Positions 39,923 to 48,855 of a DNA stretch of 64,000 nt are shown here, piece after piece. How positions within the stretch are numbered: position 1 is the stretch's first letter; each line of letters opens with the position of its first letter. The stretch covers positions 544,001 to 608,000 of the forward strand of contig CAVOGR010000007.1 in NCBI GenBank assembly GCA_963695555.1. Reading direction: 5' to 3'. Source of the stretch: an uncultured Gemmatimonadales bacterium. Its GTDB lineage: Bacteria > Gemmatimonadota > Gemmatimonadetes > Gemmatimonadales > GWC2-71-9. Under the pieces are notes generated by a model. It did not search any database. It saw nothing but the letters and a program-made list of their open reading frames with translations, and was not told the origin of the DNA. Made by a program: the position numbers and the translations under genes.

Positions 39923-41631
39923 GAGTGAGCGCCGCTCGCAGCCTTCGGGTTGTGATTGGCCACGAGATTCCGTCCCGCCGCCTTCGCCTGATACAGTGCC
40001 CGGTCCGCCGTCACCAGCAAGTCGCCATCGACCGGACGGCGCGGATCGAATTCCGCAATCCCGATGCTCGCCGTCACCAGCCCCGAGGGATACCCCAGCC
40101 GGCGTCCTTCGCCCTCGATGCCGGCCCGGAGCGCCTCGGCCACCCGGCTCCCGCCGTGCAGATCGGTCCGGGTCAGGATGACCACGAACTCGTCGCCGCC
40201 GTAGCGGGCCGCCAAGTCCGACGCACGCACCGCTCCCCTCACCTCGCCCGCCACCGCACGCAAGACCTCGTTGCCGGCCTCGTGGCCGTACCGGTCGTTC
40301 AATTCCTTGAACCGATCGAGATCTATAAATAACACCGCGAAGCCTTCATTGCTTCGTTTGCTGCGCTCGATCTCGTAGCCCAGCCGCTCCCGCAGCACCT
40401 TGACCGTCGACAGCCCCGTCAACGGATCGGTGGCCGCCTCGCGCGTCGCCTCTTCGGCGCGGCGCTCCTGGTACGGCACGCACTGCCTGAGGGTGGCCCG
40501 CCCGAGCGCCGCCGCAACCGCGAAACGAGCGCAGGTATCGAACCCGCAGGCGCCGCAGTCCCAGGCCTTCCCGTTGGGCCCCGTGCCGATCGCATCCAGA
40601 ATGCCGGCGACGTCGCCGGCGTTCGAGTCCGGCACCCGGCTCTTGATGTCGAACACGGCGCCCACGCTGGCCACCACCGCGTTGTCCACCACCGGCGACG
40701 GACTCCGGGGCGGTTCCGTGCTGGCCACCACCGAGCGCCGCCAGAACAACTCCTCGCGCGGACCGGCCAACGGATGGTCCAGCGCGCCTTCTTGCGACAA
40801 CAGGTCCACGAATCCCAGGTCCAACCGGTCCACCGCCACGGCCCGAGCCAATGCCTTGATGGCCCAGAGACCGCGCATCTTCAGGAACTGCCCGCCCTGC
40901 TTGGCCTCGTCGAGGAGTACCAGCGGGAGACCGCCCGCGGCACTCAAGTGCCGGCGCCGCTCCTCGGGGATCCGGTCGAAATAATTCGGCTGGGCCAGGA
41001 CGTTCACGCCGCGCAGCCGGAAGATGTGCTCCAGGTCGTCGAACGTGATCGCCGCCGCCAGATTGGGATCCTCGATCGGCGGGCTGACCCCCACGTAAAC
41101 GATCTCAAGATTCGAGCCATAGCGGCCCTTCAGGTACCGTGCCTCGGCCACCGCGGGTATGGCAACCGGTGCCAGGTAGGGAATCAGCTCCGGGTACTCC
41201 CGTCGGATGGTCTCCACAACTACCGGGTCGGTGGACCGGATCAGGGTGCCCCAGTTCTCCTCGCGCCACAGCCTAAGGTATTCTGCGGCAACGAGTTCGT
41301 CGCCTATGACCCCGCGGTGGATGGTGCGGAAGCCTGCAACGTAGCACGCATTCACCACCTGCTCCGGGGTGGCCGGATAGAAGTGTGCCGCGGCCTCGGG
41401 GCTCAGGATCACCACCCCGTCCCCGCGGGCCGCCACGGCCAGCGCCCGGCCGATTTCGCCGCTCACATCGATGGCGTCGTGGGGGCAGGCCGGAACGCAC
41501 CGGCCGCAGCGGATACAGGCCTCATCCACCACCTGGACCACCGGTCCGGCGATCGCCACGGCATCGGTCGGGCAGACCCGGACACAGGCGAGGCAACCGA
41601 CGCAGCTGTCAGCGTTTACCGTGAATTTCAC
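39919..41631 (-). CDS. Diguanylate cyclase with 2x[4Fe-4S] ferredoxin, [FeFe]-hydrogenase-like domain and Fe-S domain
   Basis: CVGCLACVRVCP, CIRCGRCVPACP, DCGACGFDTC...CVPY, TDPLTGL, DLDRFKELNDRYGH, RASD I-site, RYGGDEF. Confidence 0.88.
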   Translation of the reverse strand: MKFTVNADSCVGCLACVRVCPTDAVAIAGPVVQVVDEACIRCGRCVPACPHDAIDVSGEIGRALAVAARGDGVVILSPEAAAHFYPATPEQVVNACYVAGFRTIHRGVIGDELVAAEYLRLWREENWGTLIRSTDPVVVETIRREYPELIPYLAPVAIPAVAEARYLKGRYGSNLEIVYVGVSPPIEDPNLAAAITFDDLEHIFRLRGVNVLAQPNYFDRIPEERRRHLSAAGGLPLVLLDEAKQGGQFLKMRGLWAIKALARAVAVDRLDLGFVDLLSQEGALDHPLAGPREELFWRRSVVASTEPPRSPSPVVDNAVVASVGAVFDIKSRVPDSNAGDVAGILDAIGTGPNGKAWDCGACGFDTCARFAVAAALGRATLRQCVPYQERRAEEATREAATDPLTGLSTVKVLRERLGYEIERSKRSNEGFAVLFIDLDRFKELNDRYGHEAGNEVLRAVAGEVRGAVRASDLAARYGGDEFVVILTRTDLHGGSRVAEALRAGIEGEGRRLGYPSGLVTASIGIAEFDPRRPVDGDLLVTADRALYQAKAAGRNLVANHNPKAASGAHS

Positions 41632-41738
41632 GGATTGGGCATCGTGATGGGTCCAAGAGCAGGAGAAGTGCTAATATCGAGCTCCAAGGCTCCAGTGTCA
41701 AGAGAGATCGACCCTGCAAACCTTGGCACTACAGCAAC

Positions 41739-43241
41739 TTAGCCAAGGTGGTACGCTTTGATCTTGCGGTACAGGGTCCGTTCGCCTATTCCCAGCTCCT
41801 CCGCGGCCCTCCGGCGGTTCCCGTTGGCCTGCCTGAGGGCGGCCTCGATGGCGACTTTTTCGACGTCCGCCATGGTCATACCGGGTCGATAAATCACCTC
41901 TTCGGCCCCTTCAGGATCAACGGACAACACGTCGGCCACCAGGGCGTCATCGCCCAAATCGATGACCTGAATCCGCTCCGGGCGCTCGTCAATACGGCGT
42001 TGCAAGTCTCGGACCTGCATCCGTAACTCCATGATGCTACGGAAGATGAACTCGAGTTCCTGGGCGCCGACCTCGCCGCCTCCGGTATGGACCCGAACCG
42101 GCAGGAGGGTGTTGGGTCCTTCGAGGATGTCGGGTGGGATGTCGGCGGCGCGGATTTCGGTGCCCGGGGCCAGCACCACCATGGACTCGACCAGGTTCCG
42201 GAGCTGCCGCACGTTGCCAGGCCAGTCGGCCGCCACCAGGCGTTGCATGGCCTCCGGCGTAATGCCGCGGAAGTGCCGGTCGTGGGTCTTGCTCAGCTCC
42301 TTGATGAACCGGCGGACCAGGAGCGGGATGTCGCCGCGCCGCTCGCGCAACGGCGGCAGGTCGATGGTCAGGACGTTCAGGCGGTAGTAGAGGTCGTCGC
42401 GGAACTCGCCGAGCGAAACGGAATCTTTCAGGCTCTTGTTGGTGGCGGCCACCACCCGCACATCGACCTTGATGGACTCGATGCCGCCTAACCGGTAGAA
42501 GGTCCGGTTCTCGAGCACCCGCAGGAGCTTCACCTGAACGCTCGCCGGAATCTCACCGATCTCGTCGAGGAAGATGGTGCCGTGGTGTGCCAGCTCGAAG
42601 CGGCCCAGCCGTCGCTCGGCGGCGCCGGTAAAGGCCCCCTTCTCGTGGCCGAACAGCTCGGACTCGAGCAACGTCTCCGGCAAGGCGGAGCAGTTCACCG
42701 CGATGAACGGCTTGCCGCGGCGCGGCGAGAGGTCGTGCATGGCCTTGGCCACTAGCTCCTTGCCCGATCCCGACTCGCCCAGGATCAGCACCGTGCTCGA
42801 CACCGGCGCCATCTGCTCGATCTTGACCAGCACCTCCTGGATGGGCGGGCTCTCCCCGATGATGCCGGTGTGCTCCTGCAGCTCGCGCCGATCGATGACC
42901 CGCCGCGCCGCGGCCACGACATCGTCTACCGGGACCGGTTTGGTCATCACCTCCGTCATGCGCGGCCGGCCGGTCCGGTCCCGGCGCTGGGAGTCGGTCG
43001 GCTCCAACAGCGCCAGGGTCGAGATCTCGGCATCGTGCGCCAAGGCGGCCAAGTGGGCGGTGCGCGGTTCGTACACCGCACCGGTCACGATGATGAGCGC
43101 GGGCGCCTCACGCCGGACCACCTGGGCGGCGTTGTCGAGCGTGGAGAGCGTGGCGGTGCGGAAGCCCGCCGCTTCGAGTGCCGCGTTCAGCGGGACGGCC
43201 GTTTCGAGATCGTCCAGCGTCAAGAGGATCTTGGTTGCCAT
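41739..43241 (-). CDS. Sigma54-dependent Fis-family activator with degenerate receiver-like N-terminus
   Basis: GESGSGKE, ESELFGHEKGAFTGA, FLDEIGE, WPGNVRQL, C-terminal HTH. Confidence 0.93.
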   Translation of the reverse strand: MATKILLTLDDLETAVPLNAALEAAGFRTATLSTLDNAAQVVRREAPALIIVTGAVYEPRTAHLAALAHDAEISTLALLEPTDSQRRDRTGRPRMTEVMTKPVPVDDVVAAARRVIDRRELQEHTGIIGESPPIQEVLVKIEQMAPVSSTVLILGESGSGKELVAKAMHDLSPRRGKPFIAVNCSALPETLLESELFGHEKGAFTGAAERRLGRFELAHHGTIFLDEIGEIPASVQVKLLRVLENRTFYRLGGIESIKVDVRVVAATNKSLKDSVSLGEFRDDLYYRLNVLTIDLPPLRERRGDIPLLVRRFIKELSKTHDRHFRGITPEAMQRLVAADWPGNVRQLRNLVESMVVLAPGTEIRAADIPPDILEGPNTLLPVRVHTGGGEVGAQELEFIFRSIMELRMQVRDLQRRIDERPERIQVIDLGDDALVADVLSVDPEGAEEVIYRPGMTMADVEKVAIEAALRQANGNRRRAAEELGIGERTLYRKIKAYHLG

Positions 43242-43243
43242 GG

Positions 43244-43729
43244 TCAGTGTTCCGTGCGGCGATTCCGGACCAGGTCCACCGAGTGATCGATCAGCGGCTC
43301 GAGGACCTGAAGCCCGTCCTTCACGCCGTTGGGACTCCCGGGCAGGTTGACGATCAAGGTCTGGTTTCGGATACCGGCAACGCCCCGCGAAAGGGCCGCG
43401 CGTGGGAACCGAGGGTAGGCGCTCAGGCGGAGCGCCTCCGCAATTCCGGGCGCCTCCTTTTCCACCACGCTCAGCGTGGCCTCGGGAGTCACGTCACGCG
43501 GCGTGAGCCCGGTGCCGCCCGTGGTCAGGATCACGTCGGCTTGGTCGGTATCGGCCCATTCCGACAGGGTCGTCACGATCGGGAGCGTCTCGTCGGGCAC
43601 GATCGAGCGCACCGTGGCCTGGTAGCCTCGTGCACTCGCCCATGCCGCAATCGCGTCGCCGGAGGTGTCCTCGCGGTTGCCACGGCTGCCGGCATCGGAC
43701 ACGGTGAGAATCGCGATGCGGATTGTCAG
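43244..43729 (-). CDS. MogA/MoaB molybdenum cofactor biosynthesis protein (possible CTG start)
   Basis: [34 protein letters not shown]. Confidence 0.9.
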   Translation of the reverse strand: MTIRIAILTVSDAGSRGNREDTSGDAIAAWASARGYQATVRSIVPDETLPIVTTLSEWADTDQADVILTTGGTGLTPRDVTPEATLSVVEKEAPGIAEALRLSAYPRFPRAALSRGVAGIRNQTLIVNLPGSPNGVKDGLQVLEPLIDHSVDLVRNRRTEH

Positions 43730-43730
43730 C

Positions 43731-44843
43731 TCACTTCCCCTTCTTGACCGACCCCTCGGTGTAGAACGGCCGCTTGACCACGGTCGCGGGAAGGCGCGTG
43801 CCGCGGCACTCCACCTCGAACTCGGTGCCGGCCTTGGCCGCGGCTGCCGGCAGGTACGTGGTCCCGATGGGGATCCCCAGCGTCGGGCTCATGGCCCCGC
43901 TCCGGACGACGTCGACCTTGCGGTTCTGGTGATAGACCGGATAGCCGTGCCGGGGGAGGGCTTTGCCGGCGAGCGTGAAGCAGACCAGCTTCCGCGTGAC
44001 GCCGCGTTCCTTCTGTGACTTGAGCGCCTCGCGCCCGACGAACGGCGCACCTTTGTCCAGCTTCACGATCCAGCCGAGCGCGGCCTCGAGCGGAGTCACC
44101 GTGTCGTCGATGTCGCTGCCGTAGAGCGCGTACGCCACTTCGAGGCGCAGGGTGTCGCGCGCACCGAGGCCGATGGGGGCGGCTTTCCCCTGACCCACGA
44201 GCGGTCGCCAGATGGTCTCCGTGTCGCGAGCGCGGCAGTAGATCTCGAAGCCGTCCTCGCCGGTATACCCGGTGCGCGAGACGAAGCACTGGCAGCCGGC
44301 GACGCTGATGGTATCGAAGTGGTAGTAGGCGATGCCGGACAGCGTCGTCTCAGTCTCCGCTTGGAGCACCGCTTCAGCCCGCGGCCCCTGCAGCGCCAGC
44401 AGCCCCACGTCATCGGAAATGTTCTTGAGCCTCACATTGGCGCCGCCCTTGTGGCCCACCACGTAGTCCCAGTCCTTGGCGATGTTGGCGGCGTTCACCA
44501 CCAGCATCAGCTTGTCATCGAACCGGTAGACGGTGCAGTCGTCGACGAAGGTCCCTTCGGGCGTGAGCATGGCCGAGTATTGCACTTCGCCCGGTGCGAG
44601 TGCTGCGATATCGTTGCAGGTGATCCGGTTGACGAAGGCGTTCCGGTCGGGGCCGGTGACCTCGAACTCGCCCATGTGGGACACGTCGAAGATGCCGACG
44701 TCGGTGCGTACGCTGTGATGTTCCGCCATGATGCCGGTGTACTGCACCGGCATGGCGTACCCGGCAAACGGCACCATCTTGGCGCCGAGCGCGACGTGCG
44801 CCTGGTAGAGCGGGGTGTGCAGCAACGTTCCAGTATCCGCCAT
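43731..44843 (-). CDS. gcvT: Glycine cleavage system aminomethyltransferase T
   Basis: [45 protein letters not shown]. Confidence 0.97.
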   Translation of the reverse strand: MADTGTLLHTPLYQAHVALGAKMVPFAGYAMPVQYTGIMAEHHSVRTDVGIFDVSHMGEFEVTGPDRNAFVNRITCNDIAALAPGEVQYSAMLTPEGTFVDDCTVYRFDDKLMLVVNAANIAKDWDYVVGHKGGANVRLKNISDDVGLLALQGPRAEAVLQAETETTLSGIAYYHFDTISVAGCQCFVSRTGYTGEDGFEIYCRARDTETIWRPLVGQGKAAPIGLGARDTLRLEVAYALYGSDIDDTVTPLEAALGWIVKLDKGAPFVGREALKSQKERGVTRKLVCFTLAGKALPRHGYPVYHQNRKVDVVRSGAMSPTLGIPIGTTYLPAAAAKAGTEFEVECRGTRLPATVVKRPFYTEGSVKKGK

Positions 44844-44854
44844 GCGTATCTCCG

Positions 44855-45754
44855 CTAGCCCATCAGGGTGCTCATGATGGCCTTCTGAACGTGGAGCCGG
44901 TTCTCGGCCTCGTCCCACACTTTCGACTGCGGCCCTTCGAACACCGCCTCGGTCACTTCTTCGCCGCGGTGGGCCGGCAGGCAGTGCAGGAAGATGGCGG
45001 ACGGGTCGGCCAGCGCCATCAAATCTTCGTCCACCACATAGCCTCGGAACGAGATCTTCCTGGCTTCCGCTTCGCCTTCCTGCCCCATCGAGGCCCACAC
45101 ATCGGTGGTGAGCACATGGGCGCCCTCCGCAGCTTCATCGGGGTCCTCGGTGATGCTGACCGTGGTGCGCCGCTGGGCGTCCTCGAAGATGTGGTGATTC
45201 GGCTCGTAGCCTTCGGGGCAGGCGAGCCGGAGCTCGAAACCGAGGGCCGCGGCCGCATTGAGCCAACTGTTGGCCATGTTGTTCCCGTCGCCGATCCAGG
45301 CCACCACCTTGCCTTCCCAGCCGCCGAGTGCTTCCTGCACGGTCATGAGGTCGGCCATGACCTGGCACGGGTGGAGCAGGTCGGTGAGTCCGTTGATGAC
45401 CGGCACCGAGGCAAAGCGGGCCAGCTCTTCGACGTCTTCCTGGGCGAAGGTGCGGATCATGAGGCCGTCGACGTAGCGCGACAGCACCCGCGCCGTGTCG
45501 CGGATGGGCTCGCCCCGACCGAGTTGGATGTCGCGCGACGACAGGAACAGCGCGTGGCCGCCGAGTTGGGAGGCGCCCACCTCGAACGAGACCCGGGTCC
45601 GGGTGGAACTCTTGGCGAAGATCATTCCCAAGGTCTTGCCCGCCAACGGTTTCCCTCGCTCTTCGCCGCGTTTCATCCGGGCGGCCAGCTGGAGGACCTG
45701 ATGGAGTTCTGCCTTGGTGAAGTCGGTGACGGCGAGGAAGTCGCGCTTCGACAT
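44855..45754 (-). CDS. argF: Ornithine carbamoyltransferase
   Basis: SSTRTRVSFE, HPCQ, TDVWASMG, HCLPAHRGEE. Confidence 0.97.
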   Translation of the reverse strand: MSKRDFLAVTDFTKAELHQVLQLAARMKRGEERGKPLAGKTLGMIFAKSSTRTRVSFEVGASQLGGHALFLSSRDIQLGRGEPIRDTARVLSRYVDGLMIRTFAQEDVEELARFASVPVINGLTDLLHPCQVMADLMTVQEALGGWEGKVVAWIGDGNNMANSWLNAAAALGFELRLACPEGYEPNHHIFEDAQRRTTVSITEDPDEAAEGAHVLTTDVWASMGQEGEAEARKISFRGYVVDEDLMALADPSAIFLHCLPAHRGEEVTEAVFEGPQSKVWDEAENRLHVQKAIMSTLMG

Positions 45755-45978
45755 GTTGAAAACCGCGTTGGAGCGAGGGAAACAGTCAAATTGGCAGGAC
45801 AATTTTAGTCGGCTGCCGGGGGCGGGGGCAAGGCATCATGCTGTGGTCGGTGGGGGCGCAGTGCCTGGAAGCGCCCGAGGGCGGGGGTCCGCCCGGTAGG
45901 GGTGAGCAGGGCGTGCTTGCCTCGTGGGTCGACTATCGAACCACGAGCCCTACCGGACGGATTTTCGCGGGCGGCCGG

Positions 45979-47013
45979 TCACGACCCCGGAACGGGGTGG
46001 ACAACCAGGTTGCCGCCGATGATCTCCTTCTTACACATCTGCTTCGGTTCCAGCGACAGATCCAGCACCGTTCCCGGGGCTAGCCACTTCCAAGCGATGC
46101 CGTCTCCATTTGTGCCGGGGGTGCCTACATCGTGCACCTTGACCAGCACGACCTGACCGACGCGCGGGTCCTTGCCGGGGATGCCACCCGGGCCGCCATG
46201 CCCGCCGTCGCTTCCGCCTCCGGCACAGCCACCGTCGTCGTGGCCACCGTCGCTGCCGCCATCACTGCAACCACCATCGTCGTGGCTGCCGTCGCTGCAA
46301 CCGCCGTCACTACCGCCGTCACTGCAACCACCATCGTCGTGGCTGCCGTCGCTGCAACCGCCGTCACTACCGCCGTCACTGCAACCACCATCGTCGTGGC
46401 TGCCGTCACTGGCGCCATCACTGCAATCACCATCGTCGTGGCTGCCGTCGCTGCAGCCACCGTCACTGCCGCCGCTACTGCCGCCACCGCTACACCCACC
46501 GTCGTCGTGGCTGCCGTCGTCGCCGCAACCCCCATCGTCGTGGCTGCACCCGTCATCCCCGTCACACGACCCACCGCTGCAGATCTTGACATCCGAGATC
46601 ACCAGGCCCGCAAACCAGGCTTTGTTCTGGCTCACGTCGACCACGGCATCGGTTACCGTGGCAATGATCTCGCGATGGGCCGTACTATCGGCGTTGAGCA
46701 CCCGATAGATGAACGTCCCGCGAACGGGCTGCGCCGTCGTCGCCGGGAAGGCATTGAAGTCGGCGAACGCCAGCTTCTCTTCACCCGGCGGTATTACTCG
46801 GCCCATGCCGCCGGGCCATACGACTTGGACCAACCCGGTAGCCTTGGGGGCTGCGGCCGGACCGGCCGCCAATTGCAGCAAGTCGCCACTCGATGCGGCG
46901 TTGGTACCGAACGGCTGCTCGCCGCCGCAGCCGGCGAGGAGCAGCACGCTCACGAGGAAGGTGCCGGCGGGAAGCCCTCGCCACCGGCCAAAGGTCGTCT
47001 GCATGATTGTCAC
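45979..47013 (-). CDS. Lipoprotein with an internal Cys/His/Asp/Gly tandem-repeat loop
   Basis: Lipobox LAGC; repeats of CSDGSHDDGG/CSDGGSDGG; C-terminal GGNLVVH. Confidence 0.8.
   Translation of the reverse strand: MTIMQTTFGRWRGLPAGTFLVSVLLLAGCGGEQPFGTNAASSGDLLQLAAGPAAAPKATGLVQVVWPGGMGRVIPPGEEKLAFADFNAFPATTAQPVRGTFIYRVLNADSTAHREIIATVTDAVVDVSQNKAWFAGLVISDVKICSGGSCDGDDGCSHDDGGCGDDGSHDDGGCSGGGSSGGSDGGCSDGSHDDGDCSDGASDGSHDDGGCSDGGSDGGCSDGSHDDGGCSDGGSDGGCSDGSHDDGGCSDGGSDGGHDDGGCAGGGSDGGHGGPGGIPGKDPRVGQVVLVKVHDVGTPGTNGDGIAWKWLAPGTVLDLSLEPKQMCKKEIIGGNLVVHPVPGS
46200..46570. repeat. Coding tandem repeat with a 57-nt core unit
   Basis: CCACCATCGTCGTGGCTGCCGTCGCTGCAACCGCCGTCACTACCGCCGTCACTGCAA occurs twice in tandem (~46271-46384), with degenerate flanking copies. 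Confidence 0.85.
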
Positions 47014-47160
47014 CCCTTTCCTGTGCAGTGGCCCTGCTCAGTTTCGCAAGGACCGGGGCCTTGGAGTGTCCACCCGGGGCCGCCGCTGACTGGCGACCCC
47101 GGGCACGCGTTCGTTACTCCTCTCTCCCTGCTCTCATGTCGGTTGCTTAAGTAAGGGCGC

Positions 47161-48419
47161 TCACGGCTTGCCGCCGCCCTTGCCGCCACCGCCACCGCCA
47201 CCGCCGCCACCGCCTCGCTCGAGGATCCGGACGTCGATGTAGGTCAGGTTGTTGAAGAAGTCGAGCTGACCCACGGCCCCGCCGCCGGACCCGTCATCCG
47301 CGGCGACGACCACTTCCTCAGCAGGCTGCATGATTTCGGTCACGCCGTCGACGAAGAAGGTGTTGAGCGTGGCCGCGCCGCAGACCTGATCGAAGCTGAA
47401 CGTGGCGCGGTAGTCGCCCGCTCCTTCGTCATTGAGTCGGCGCACGTTCCAGGTATAGCCGTAGATGATCTTGCCCTTGACGTTGATCTCGGCCGAGTAG
47501 TACCCCGGTCCGTCGGCGCCGAGGTAGACGGCGTCGTTGAAGATGGGAGGGTTGACGAGATCGGGCCCCTGTGGGTCCGCCTCGGTCCATCCTTGTTCCG
47601 GTACCCAGAGGAAGTCGGTCGGGACCACGTCCTCACGCAGGATGCGGAGCTTCTGGATGGTGAGCCGCGCGCAGGGTGAGTAGACCGTTGCCTGCGTGCC
47701 CGGTCCGAGCATAGGCACACCGGCCAAGTCCGCGGCCAGGCCGTGGGCTTCGTCGATGCCCCAGCCTGAGGTGTGCCGCATCTCATACTGGAGCATGGGG
47801 GTCAACAGGTCTTGGTACAGCACCACTTCGGTGCGAACCTGCGAGCTGGTGTACCAGTCATTCGATTCCAGGTTGTCGCCCCAGTCGATCCAGTTCACCG
47901 CGACCGGGCTCCCGCTCCAGTCCGCCGATTCGGCCTGCCAGAGGTTGCCGGCATCCTTCTGGAGGTAGGCCTTGGCCAGGGGGAGTGGTTGTCCGCAATC
48001 GGCTGGCCGGCTTCGAGGTTCAGGTCGACCGCGCCCGGCACACCGTCATCGCAGAGCGGCAGGCCGGCCGGGTTGAGCACTGGGTCGGACTCGTCCGGGT
48101 CCGGCATGCAACTGGCCGGGACCACGTCCGGGTCCGTTCCGTTCGTGCCCCACTGATACCACCACTCGCCGGTCAGGACCGGAACCATCCCAGGCGTACC
48201 GGGCGGGGTCTTGATGACGCCCTCGGCCCAGATGACCGGGAAGGACAGGTTGTTGCCGGCCGTCTCGCCGCCGGGCTTCCCCCCACCGCCCCCACCGCCA
48301 CCACCGCCTTTAGCGAAGGCAGGCACGTCGGGGTCGGTCATCGACCCGTCCTTACACGCCACGGTCAGGGCCGCGGCGAGCGCCACGACGGCCGTCGCGC
48401 CATAGCGTAGCCACTTCAT
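47161..48419 (-). CDS. Hypothetical lipoprotein with poly-Gly tracts (frameshift at ~47988)
   Basis: Lipobox TVAC, GNNLSFPVIWAEG; continues in another frame as PLAKAYLQKD..NLWQA..IDWGDNLES, YYSAEINVKGKIIYGYTW. Confidence 0.75.
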
Positions 48420-48727
48420 CGCTCCCCTCCTTGTCAGAGTCACGCACACCCTCGCGGTCGGCAGCCCACTCCGGTCGAGCGCGAGCGCGTCAGGGCGAGG
48501 GGGAGGGACGAGGGGGATTAGGTGGGTATTCGACCGCGCTCAACCACGCGCCCGCTGGACCGTGCGTTAGTGGGCTGTGGAGCAGTTGCTTGGGCAAGTC
48601 GCGTGCTTGCACGGGCCCGGTCATGAGACGGCTGCGCAAGACGTTCAGAACCAATGAATTCGAACCTTGTGACGTGGCCCTACCACTCACATCGATGTGT
48701 CAGATGAGGACCAACGGGCTCAGATCT

Positions 48728-48799
48728 ATGTCGCTTATTACGACATTCGAGGCAGTAATTCGATCTCTTTATTGCCCTTTATGGGAAATAGTGCGACAT
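48728..48799. promoter_or_regulatory. Paired enhancer (UAS)-like inverted repeats
   Basis: ATGTCG-N7-CGACAT (48728-48746) and ATGGGA-N7-CGACAT (48781-48799), 53 bp apart, between divergent genes. Confidence 0.55.
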
Positions 48800-48855
48800 T
48801 GGCGGTACTCAGGACGCTGGTTTTGCGAACCCCTGACTCACCTGGGAATGATCCC

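Noticed and set aside
39919..41631. Active [FeFe]-hydrogenase
   Set aside because: The H-cluster Cys motifs are absent and no maturases are present in the window.
41716..41730. CAAANCTTGGCACT motif shared with 51435-51449; possible CIRCE half-sites
   Set aside because: There is no TTAGCACTC-N9-GAGTGCTAA arrangement, and two copies are too few to support a call.
46200..46570. Possible CRISPR array
   Set aside because: The repeats are in-frame coding units without unique spacers, and there are no cas genes.
48591..48610. Sigma54 promoter for the divergent lipoproteins
   Set aside because: The minus strand reads AGCACGCGACTTGC and lacks the invariant GG. The similar element at 50627-50642 has 11-nt spacing.
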